DNA of 64,000 nt, from assembly GCF_028641065.1 (NCBI RefSeq), contig NC_073408.1:10974001-11038000 (forward strand). The letters are read 5' to 3'. Shown piece by piece: positions 10,901 through 22,900 of the stretch. Both the position numbers and the translations under genes were made by a program. This DNA comes from Leucoraja erinacea (lineage: Eukaryota). The notes under the pieces are model-generated. The model searched no databases. It had not been told where the DNA came from and saw only the letters and a list, made by a program, of their open reading frames with translations. Each line of letters starts with the position of its first letter. Within the stretch, counting starts at the first letter, position 1.

Positions 10901-13900
10901 AATTCCGAGGCCTGACAATGATTTGGAGATTGGAGATCTTGAAAAAAACAGGAAATTATTGGATCACTAGACTAATTGTAGGTCTGAAAGGTGTGTAATG
11001 CGTATGAGATATCTTCACTTTGTTATCAGATTTATTCGATAAGGGAAGAAAAATGTAAAATGCTAAAATGAAAAACAAAACAAAAAAGAAAAAACATAAT
11101 TCGATGAATATGATTGGAAGCTTTTTATCACTTCCTCAATTCTGCACTAAACCAGCATTTTATGGGCTGGTACTTTAGAACAGAACGGAGGAAGTGTTGC
11201 CTTTTTTGAGGGGCAGTCTTTCTTGTGCTTTGTTAAATATTTAGTCAAATATCACAAAACGCTTGTTGGTTGGTCTTGTTGGATATAAATTGGCTATCAT
11301 GATTATTTACATCACGACCGTGACTTGGTGCGATTCCAGAGAGTGCTGCACTAAATATATTCTTTCATCACCAACAAGTATAATTCACCAGCTCCATCAT
11401 GACTACATCACCTAGATTTAATCTAGTACTTAATTCTTAGAGCCGACACCTTTCTGATGAAACGTTAAATCCCCATCCACCTTGTGTGCGTGCTGTTGAT
11501 AGATTGTTGTTTAAAAAATGCAATATCCAAGACGAGTATAGAGATTTAATTTTACCCCTTCAATAACATTTGCTTATGAGGGAACTTTCTAAGTTGATTG
11601 ATCAATACAGGGCTGCTGCCTTACAGCACCAGAGGCTCTATCTGTGTAACTGTGGGTTTCCTCCGAGTGCTTTATTTTCATCCCATATCCCAAAGGGTTG
11701 TTGGCTAATTGGCCTTTGTGAATTCTCCCTAATGTGTAGGGAGTGGATGAGACAGTTAGATAACAGTGAATTAGTCTGAACGGGATGGTCATCGTGGCCC
11801 TAGTGGGCCAAATGGCCTATTTCCATAGATAGACACAAAGTGATGGAATAACTCAGCGGGTCAAGCAACATCTCTGGAGAAAAAGGATAGCTGACGTTTT
11901 GGGTCGGGACAGTTCTTTGTGTATAAAGCAGCTTCTGCAGTTCTTTGTTTCTACATTTTGGCCTGTTTCCATGCTGTATCTCTAAACTTTAAGCAAAATT
12001 TGCCTATAGTAGTTGTGCCTCAGAAAAGATTGTGATGGTTATGGGTAAAAAGAGCTTGTGGGTACGACATAAAGCGGTTTTCTTGCCAATTTGCACAAAG
12101 GGACATGTATTTGTTTATTCCCGCTACATTGGATTAAGTCTGCCCAAATTTTTTTTCTTTCATCTGAACATGACAATATGACTGGATATCTACAAGTGTG
12201 ACATTAATAAAATGTTAAATGCATTACACATTAAATAACTGAAATGCACATGTCTCCAATGTGGCAGCCATTGTGAATTTCCACAAATAACCATGATATG
12301 AATGACTAAATAACAAGCTTTTGGAGGTGCAACTTGAGGAAAACATATTGACGAGAGGTCTTGCAGCAATTTAAAATGGTGTAAGAATTACTGTTTGCCA
12401 TTGACATGTTAAGATCAATGATTTGCTTTCTTTCATTGTGCAGTTTGAACAAAGAAGATGCACCAAGTAAGTCGATGCACAGCAACTTTCAGCAGCCAAT
12501 CAGTCATCTAAAATTCTCTCCCAGCCCTGATGTTGTTATAGTTAGCTCTACGGATCATCCTCTGCAGGTAAGACTTTGCCAGAGGAGGCTGAATATGCCA
12601 GTATTCTTCATGAATGGCTTTGGCTGTGGTGTTTTCTGATGAGTCGGTTTCTCTTTCATATTTTCCATTTATTTTCATTCTTGCTGGAATGTGGAACATT
12701 TCCACTGTGCCGAATGTTCTTTAGTATCTCAGCAAAGTCACCTTTCTCCTCTGTAAGTGGCACTGATTGCTGAAGCATTAATTAATTGTATTGGAATTCC
12801 AGTTAAGTGTGATGAAGTAGTAATTTGGCATCCACAAGTCCCGAAAGGTCTTAATGGAAAGCAATTAGAAGCACAAATTTAATTTGTTTTTTTCCTCTCC
12901 CTCTTGACGACTACTACTATGTTGCATTGCACATTGAGTTTGCATGCAGCAAGAACTCCCCACCAAATGAAGCAGTTCATGTTTGCCTGCGGCAAGGCAG
13001 AGACAGTATTAATAAAAAGATACAAAGTGCTGGATAACTCAGCAGGTCAGGCAGCAGCCATGCAGAACATGGATAGGTGACATTTCGGGTCAGGACCATT
13101 CTTCAGACTGACGTTTTGGGTTAGGACCCTTCTTCAGAATACATAGACAGTATTCTGGTTGATAAATGGCAAGTAGCATTCATGTCACAAAAGTGCCAGG
13201 CAGTGACCATTTCCAGCAAGAGATTCTAACTACCTGCTTGAGAAGTCACAGGCTAAGTATACGGTGACAAGAGATTTGCCTCCTGATGTCCCCAGCCTTT
13301 CCTTCATTTATGAGGTGCAAGTTAGGATCACGACTTTCCACTTGGCTGGATGAGTGCAGTGCCAACCATTGTCAAGCAACTTGAAACTGTCCTGGACAAA
13401 GCAGCCTAGATGATGGTACCTCATCACCACCCTATTCCCTCCACTACCAGAATGCAAAGACTGCAACATGCGTCATGTGTAAAATACTCTCCTAGGCTAC
13501 GCTGACTACTCCTCCCAAACATGCAACTTCTATCACCAAAACTGACTGGGGCTTCAGACACATGTGAACACTGCCACCTGCAGATTTTTCTCCAAATTGT
13601 ATACTGTCCTGATTTGGAAACATGCACTGTTCCTTCATCATACCTCCCCAACTGTCTTCACCAGGATTGTAGCAATTCAAGAAGATGCCTCACCATAACT
13701 TTCTCAAGGCAGTTAGGGATGAACGACATATATACTGATTATGCTAGTAATGCGCAAATCTTGAAAACTGAATTTAAAAACAAAAGTATGCCTTTTCTCT
13801 GCAGTATGGCAAAGTTCACAACCTGAACCAGCACTTTAGAATAGTGATATAAATTACCACCACTCTGTGAATCCCAAAAGCATTTAAAATGTTATTGATT

Positions 13901-16900
13901 TTTGTAAACACATGTTTTCGCATGTATAGATGTTATTGGGCAATCTTAGAAGCAGAGGATGCTGATGTCCATGCACACTTTGAAAAACATCCAGAAAAGA
14001 ATGCCAGAGCACTGTCGAACGACAGATAGGAAGTCTCCCAGTGTCCCTCGACCACTAGCATCAAACCGTACAAGTATTAGGTTAAAGATAGACATTTTAA
14101 AGATAGATAAAGATTAAAGATGGGTGACGTTTCGGGTCGAGACCCTTCTTCAGGGTCTGAAGAAGGGTTTGAAGAAGGGTTTCAACCTGAAACATCACCC
14201 ATTCCTTCTCTCCAGAGATGCTGCCTGTCCCGCTGGGTTGTTCCAGATTTTTGTGTCTATCTTTGGTTTAAACTAGGATCTGCAGTTCCTTCCTACACAA
14301 CTAATGGATTATTTGAGTTTAGAGATACAACATGGAAACAAGCCCTTTGGCCCACAGAATCTATGCCAATCATTGATTACCTTTTCACACTAGTTCTATG
14401 TTAATCCACTTTTGCATCCAGTTCCAACACACTAAGAGCCATTTACAGAGGCCAATTGACCCACAGGTCTATGGGATGCGGGAGAAAACTGATGCGGTCA
14501 CAGGGAGAACATTCAATCTTCATGCAGAAATCGAGGTCAGGATAGTGAGAAAATCTCACTTTTTTATGGAAGTGTGCTGCTGTTATTGTCTTTGGTGTTT
14601 TCTACTAGAACGATTACTTTGGGATAAAGAAAGGAAAACTAATTGTACGATTTCATTTGTTTTTAGAATACATCTTTAAGAAGACGAGAAGAAGACTATA
14701 AGGTGTCAACAAGAACTTGGAACCCCAGTTCAGGATTTGAGAGGGTAAGAGAGCAAAACATCTTCATCTGTGGCTGAGCCTTTGAGGGGTTTTGCTTCCA
14801 CCTCTTCATCTGTACCACAAGAAATAAGATGCCAGGAAAAATAACTTCAACCCTCCAATACCCCCCCCCCCCCCCCCCTTAGTTCAGATTCAGATTCAAT
14901 TTCAGATTCAATTTTAATTGTCATTGTCAGTGTACAGTACAGAGACAACGAAATGCAACAAAATAGTTCTTCCTGCTCCAAGAATTTGCCAGATATTGTG
15001 AGGTTTTGAAAAAAAAATAGAAAATGCTGGGAAAGCTCAGCAGGCCAAACGGCATCCGTGGACAGAGTGACAGTTCACATTTCAAGTGGAAGACCCTTCA
15101 GCAGAACAGAAGGATCTTCATCAGTTTGGATGCAGGATCTTCAATCTGAAATGTTAGCTATTTCAAATTACTCAGATATTGACTCACCGGATGAGTTTGT
15201 CTAGCATTTTCTGTTGTTTTATTTTAGAGATCAGGTATTTACAAAATAAAATTACTGAATATATTCACTGTAATGTACCTTATTGTAAAGTAGCGCTTAG
15301 AAGAAATGACATTATAAACTCCCTGATATGAAGGATGTGCAAGGCACAGTTTTTTAAATTCCTGCCTTTCTGCTTTCAACCCATCAAGTTTATTCGTCTC
15401 GCAGAACTACTATTAATTGTTCTTACTATTCTCACCACATTCCTGTAATTTCTATTCCTCGGCTACACACTTGGGACAATTTATGGTAGTCAATTAACCT
15501 ACCAAATTCACACATCTTTTGGATGAGCACCCAAGTAATGTGCACACATTCACAGGGAGAATGTGCAAGCTCCATACAAACAGCATGGAGGTCAGGATTG
15601 AACCAGGTCACTGGGGCTGTGAGGTAACATAGAAACATAGAAAATAGGTGCAGGAGGAGGCCATTCGGCCCTTCGAGCCTGCACCGCCATTCAATATGAT
15701 CATGGCTGATCATCCAACTCAGTATCCTGTACCTGCCTTCTCTCCGTACCCCCTGATCCCTTTAGCCACAAGGGCCACATCTAACTCCCTCTTAAATATA
15801 GCCAATGAACTGGCCTCAACTACCTTCTGTGGCAGAGAATTCCACAGATTCACCACTCTCTGTGTGAAAAATGTTTTTCTCATCTCGGTCCTAAATGATT
15901 TCCCCCTTATCCTTAAACTGTGACCCCTTGTTCTGGACTTCCCCAACATCAGGAACAATCTTCCTGCATCTAGCCTGTCCAACCCCTTAAGAAATTTGTA
16001 AGTTTCTATAAGATCCCCCCTCAATCTTCTAAATTCTAGCGAGTACAAGCCAAGTCTATCCAGTCTTTCTTCATATGAAAGTCCTGACATCCCAGGAATC
16101 AGTCTGGCGAACCTCGCTGTACTCCCTCTATGGCAAGAATGTATTTCCTCAGATTAGGAGACCAAAACTGTACACAATACTCCAGGTGTGGTCTCACCAA
16201 GACCCTGCAGCAGAACCTCCCTGCTCCTATACTCAAATCATTTTGCTATGCTCTACTAACTGCAGAATACAAGCAATAAACAATTGGAGGAATTTGCCAC
16301 AGTGGAAAATCCATTGGATGGTGTTGATAGGTCCTCTGGTCATGTAACATTATTCCATTTGACTGCAGGAATTAACAGCCTACTATCCCTTCAAGGAAAA
16401 CCTTGCCTGGTACTTTGTTGATGCAATTATTTTGGAGGTGATTCAAGACAAGTTGGTGCCTGACATCCTGATGGAACTGCTATTAAATGACAACACTAAG
16501 GTACTGCCCAGAGCCGATATTGTCATTGTCAAAGCTTTATTCAGATGACGTATGGTTGCTGTGTAATAGTTTCTATACCTAATGTATGTAGTGCTAAAAT
16601 TTGCTTTTTGCCGTAAACATTCCAATGTTCGTACCACACTTGAATTTATTTTCCAATGTATTTTATCCAACTGTGTTAGCATATCCCTCTATTTTTTTTC
16701 ACTTTTTTACTCGTCTCTATCTGACAGCTTATTAAACATATCATTGCTATCCACGACTATCACTCCTTGCGGCAGCGTGACCTTCATAATTACCACTCTT
16801 AGTTTAATATATTTTCCTTTGAATTCTCAATTAGATTTATTAATTATGTTTATTCCCATAATAGTAACTGTCACTTTTCCAAAGAGAAAGTGCATCCTAG

Positions 16901-19900
16901 CGGTTATATTCAAGATATATACAACTCTTAGGGCTAACGGAATCAAGGGATATGGGGAGAAAACAGGAACAGGGTACTGATTTTGGATGATCAGCCATGA
17001 TCATATTGAATGGCAGTGCTGGCTCGAAGGGCTGAATGGCCTACTCCTGCACCTATTTTCTGTGTTTCTATATCTATGTTTCTAGTTGTTCTTGTCTTTT
17101 ATCATCTCTGTCACTCGTTTTTAATCTTTGTGCATTGTTTCTGAATCTTTTTTTTACAATGTGGAAGCTTTAACTGTGCATAACATGGGGTGGCCTGACA
17201 AAGAAATGAGTAGTTTGACCAAGATATGTGGGGACTAAAATGGTAAACAAACTGTATTTATTGATATTGAGAGTGAAACTGTACATGACATTTCAAATTG
17301 AGAACACTACTAAGGACTTGATGGATTTTCTCACTAATGTGGGACTACAAGCAGTGTATAGTACTCTAAATAAGATATTTCCTGAAGACCTGGGTCATAT
17401 ATTGTAACTGTCAGAAGGATCTACAAAGTTCCAATCTTAGTTTGTGTTTTCTGATGAACTGCGTTATTGCAGAGTAAGTAGCTATCATGTTTGACCCAGG
17501 TAGCCCGATTTAGTAAACCTTGCTAAAAAATATAATATAAATGTTGATTGTGATGGAATTGTTTCAACTACTAGATTTGTTGTACAATACTGGAAATTGG
17601 GTGTGCGTAGTGGGAGTGGAGTCTGGGAGATCTATAGCACTCACAAAATGCATTAATGTTATCAGTAAAGAAAATTGCAGCAAAATTATTGTATCGTCTA
17701 CAATGTATGGTAAATGCAGAGTTATTTCTTATCATATTTGTTCACCATTGTTTATCTCCAAGGTTACACATTAACAGCTGAGCCCAGTTTGCTGTGCTCA
17801 CTTTATTTCTTATTCCACAGAGTTGTGCCTAACTTTTTCCTAACATTGCTTCGTTACCCTTTCTTCTCCCTCTCAAATGTTTTGTCAAATCGTGGAATGA
17901 TCACTATGCTGACGATGTTCAATTCATGTCAGATTAGAACGGATATGAGGAAATACTTTTTCACACAGAGAGTTGTGAGTCTGTGGAATTCTCTGCCTCA
18001 GAAGGCGATGGAGGCGGTTCTCTGAATGCTTTAAAGAGAGAGTTAAATAGAGCTCTTAAAGATAGCAGAGCCAAAGGATATGGGGAGAAGGCAGGAACAG
18101 GGTACTGATTGTGGATGATCAGCCATGGTCACATTGAATGGCTGTGCTGGCTAGAAGGGCCGAATGGCCTACTCCTGCAGCTATTGTCTATTGTCTATTG
18201 AACTGTTCTACAACTCCAAGACGGTGAAATTAACAATCACTCAAATGACCCTCATGTTTTTGCTACAGTTCCCTGAGCTTTATCCTTGCACATTTTGTTA
18301 ATCATCTTGCAGCTGATGGATAGTATTTTGGGCAACTCCCATCGGAGTCCTGCAATTTTTTCTCTCTTCAATCAGATTATGTTCCCTGTGTGCTGAAATA
18401 CTTTCTCGCTGCTGAATTTTCCGTAATATATCGTTCATCTCCCTCCTTTTCCAACGTTCCTCTCCTAAAAATTGGAATAGAAACGTAGAAAATAGGTTCC
18501 TTCAGCCCTTCGAACTGACACCACCATTCAAAATGATCATGGCTGATCATCCAAAATCAGTACCTCATTCCTGCTTTTTCCCCCTTATCGCGTATGCGTG
18601 CTTGACTCCTTTAGCCATAAGAGCTAAATCTAACTAATGATTAGCTTTCAACCATGCCCAGGTTGTATTTCTAGTAAGGTGATAACCTTTTAAGCCAGAC
18701 CTTTTGCATCTAGCCCATTTTATGACCTCTGTTTGTGTCTGTATATGGTTTCAAAGTCAGTTTATTGTATAATGTCCGTACAGGCAATATCTGGTGATTA
18801 TTCCAAAACCTGCCTTCTTTACATTTACACATTAGAACTAGAGTGAATGAACAGCATCATTGTGCATGAAGCTGTTGTTTAGAAAGAAACCATTCACAAA
18901 TTTGAGCCTGAAGATCTTTGGAGTCACCTGTGAATGAAACCCATATTTATACTTTCAAATACAGAATTCTGGGATGATTATAATAGAGAAGGAAAGTATT
19001 TGCGTCCTAGAGTCCGTGGCAACTTCTTTCAGAGGAATCGTTTTTTTTCCCTCGCATTCCTATAATTATTTCTCTCACAAATGCCGATTTTTAAAATTTA
19101 TTTTGATGACACTGATTGCTTCCTTGTCCATCGTGGCTCTAGACAGTGAATTTCAAATATTTTCTGCAAGAAAGAAAATCTCATATTCCCCATGCACCGT
19201 TTTTGGATTCATTCATTGGACTTGCATTCATTGGCTTCTTGGCCCTTGGCCCATCTGCTAACGGAGCTGCTCTTGTACATCTTCATCAGATCTCCTCTTC
19301 ATCTTTTGTTTGCTCTAAGGAGAACAACCTGCAAATTATCTCCTTTAATCTAAGAGCTATAATCCTTTGTCCCTGAAACTATTTTACTAAATTATCTCTG
19401 TACCCTTTCTGGAATTTTCATATCCTCTTCGCCCTCTCATATACACACCACTCTCTTTGTGAAAAGACTGCCCCCTCAGGTCTCTTTTTAATTTTTTCCC
19501 CTCTCACCTCAAGCCTGTATTAGGCTTGCCAATCCTGGGGAAAAGATTGTGCTATTCACCTCATCTATGGCCATTGTGATTTTATAAACCACTTTGGATC
19601 ACCACTCACTCTACACCCACATCTTAAGCCAGTCATTCCATATGTTGTGTAGTTTATTACTATTTTTGCTGTTTACCACATTTCCAAACTTAGTGTGATC
19701 CACAAATTGTTATTATGTACGACCATGTCTAAGTCAGTAATATCGAAAGGGAAAAAGTCTGCATCGTTTCCCAGTCTGATGATTTCTCTGTGCCAATAAG
19801 CACATTGAAAAGTTTTTAAAATATGTTTCTTATATATTTTTTTCCCCCAGCATCAGCCAGTATATGCACAGAGAGTGAAGAAATCTCACATTCAGAATGA

Positions 19901-22900
19901 ATTGCGGCAAGTATAATGAATAAATGAAACATCTACACTGTTGCTTTTATAGGTTCCTGATGCCCCAGTGTCCTTCACAATAAAATACTTTTGAACCACA
20001 GTCACGATTGTAATGTCAGAAATGCTGTAACCAGTTTGTATCCAGGAGTTTAATTGAACAGTACAGCACAAGAACAGGCCCATCAGCACACAGTGTCTGT
20101 GCCGAACATGATGCCAAGATCCTTGCTTATGTACCTGCACATAATCCATTTCCCCTTCAAAAACCAGAATGGTGGGGAAAGGGATTGGGAAATAGGGGCT
20201 GTCTGTGGACGTTCCCTCACTTTATTTATATATTTGGCATTTTCCCATCCAAATGAAAATCCAACTCCTGCCCTTTTATCTCTTCCATGCTATCTTCCAG
20301 GGCCAATGCAGTCCATCCTGGAGAAGCACGGATTCTGTTGCACATCTTCCAATTTAGTGCTTTGTATTTGGCCTGCGGTCTCTTCTGCCTTGCTCGGATC
20401 ACCAGTCAAGATTGGATCACTTCTTTGCAAAACGCTTCTATTCGGTGTGCAAGAAGATCCCTGAAATTCCTGTTACTCTTCACTTTAGTTCTCAATTTCA
20501 CACCAATTTTACATCTGTCTTGCCCTCCTACAGTACTCTATCAATGATGCTCTGTGTAAGTTTGTTATTCTTCTGAGTACATTGAACCAGTTCATGGAAC
20601 TACTCTTTATTCTCTCGGCAGATGTGGCAGTATCTTTCTTTATCAATTTGTCCCTTTGTTCTGTTTCCATCCGTCAGTTTTTAAAGTAATTATTAATATT
20701 TTTTGTCTGCACCCTGTCACTGATGTTCACTATGATCTCTCCACTTCTCCATCCCTCAGCTTCTCCATCCCTCTGCAACGTAACACATTTTCTTACTTTT
20801 CCAGGGGTCTGATGAAGGTTCCTTGACCTACTACTGACTGATGCTGCTTGACCCACCAAGTTCCTTCATCAATTTTTGTTTGTGTTTCTGATTTACAATA
20901 TTCGCAGTGTTTTGTCCTCCAATTGCTACTCATCTGTTATTAGCTTGTGGTATGATTTTTTTTTTAAAACTTTTCTGGGTGATTTTTCAAACTTTCCAAT
21001 TATATTTTACAGAATAGATCAACTAGGTGCATTCAAGCCACGGCCAGCTGTGTCAATATTGGAAACACTGTTGGAGGAAGAAATCTGTGATCTCACAAGA
21101 GGATTGATCAGAAATGTTTTTGAGGAGTTTGCCAACGTTCACCTGACCTCTATCATCATCAGTGAATTTCTGACAGAGCTAATAGAGGAGACGATTATAC
21201 CAATTCTGCCACAAATTGTAGGTCTCCTTGTTAGACAGAGAAGTACCACGTTAATGTGAATGTATCATGTTACATCTTTCTTATTGACAATCTGTTATTG
21301 ACCCAGCAGCACATTGAAAAAATATTTCTGTCATATTATATTATACTATCAAAATAATAGTCAGAGAAAATTTATTTTATTTGTTGGGGATTTCAAAAAA
21401 ACAAGTAAAGAGAAATGTTCCTTTGTTTTTGATTATGTGCACCTCAAAGTACCTCACAATTAATGCTTAAAATATTTTCACTGATGCATAAGGTAAAACT
21501 TGAAAGCCATTTTGTGCACCATCCTCCTGCCAGTAGAAATGTGATAATAAATCAGGCATTTCTGTATTAATGAAGGTTAGATATTAAGCAGGGATTTCTT
21601 TGCTTCCCTTTGAGTTTTTTTGCTAAATGTCTCACAGCAAAGATAAACCCCCAGCAGTGCAGTACTCCTTCAGTACTCCACTGAAGCATCTGCCTTGACC
21701 TTTGCGATTAAGTCTATGGGGTGGCACTTGAGCTCATAACCTTTACGCATACTACCTACTGGAAAAATGATGTGTGAAGTTTTAATATGGATTTTAAGCT
21801 ATGGTAGATATGGAACCTCTGAAGTGTAATCAGTGTTACCACAGAGGGAACTTGCAAAAAACCCAATGATGTCGGTTGGGAGCAAAATAATATTAAGCAC
21901 TTTTTTTCAAAAGTAGCATTGGATTTTCAAGTTCTTGGTTAATCATCTCATCAAAAAGACTTCACCATGCAAACTTTCTCCAGAACTGCTCTACATCGTG
22001 GGACTGGAATTTAGGCTCACATTTTAAGAGTGGACCTTGAGCTAATAATTCAATACCCTGGGTCAGCTTAAAGAGGAAAAGTCCTCTCCAGAAAATATTA
22101 TTCCTTAATCGATACTGTCAAAAATAGTATCATAGGTTTTGCTTCATTTCTGTTTATGAAGTGCTGTCAGTCCAGAAGTAGTAGTTTTCCTACTTGTATA
22201 AATCTGTCTTAAGTGTACTCATAGTAGGTGGCTGTAACTGCACAACCACTGATCAAATTAACCCCACTTATTAACCTCACAGGTGAAAGAAGCAGTACAT
22301 GAGGTGCTGCTGGAGGAGATCCTGCAGGAAGATATCCTTCCAGGCGTGTTAGATGAGGAAATGAGGCATGTTGCACTGCTAGAGTTAAGTGAACATGCCT
22401 CTAAAGTATATGAACAGCAGCTAGGGGAGGTAAGAGGTGATGGTGATGGTGATGGATCCTTTGCATATATAATCATCAGAATCAGAATCGTCAATTTTTT
22501 TTCATTTGGACCCCTGGAGGTCCAAGTATGTTTTTGCAACATAACACACAGGAATTTGGTTTGCGATTTAACAGTCATACCAACAGAAGTGATTTGCCAA
22601 AAAAACTGCACTCTATCCAATGTTCAAAGTCTCTTGCTGGCGATGGCGATTGTCCCACGGCCATTAAAGCCAGCCGGGTGGTGCGAGGTCGCAGAGTAAG
22701 TCTTGGTGTTTGGTGCCCCCGGTGTGCGCTCGCAGAGTCCGCGGCATTAAAATGTGGCCCCCTTGGATTCGACCCCGCTCGGGCGGGAGAAGGCAGAAGC
22801 CCCGAAAAGCGGTCTCCCCCCAGGGAGCCGTGGGCTCGGGCCGTCGTCCACAGACCTGTAGAGAGCCTCCGACTCTCCGGCTGGCAACAGGATAGCAGCG

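Noticed and set aside
10850-10970. Short open frame [33 protein letters not shown] in intron 2
   Set aside because: No convincing donor, and it is not needed once the GC donor at 10700 is used.
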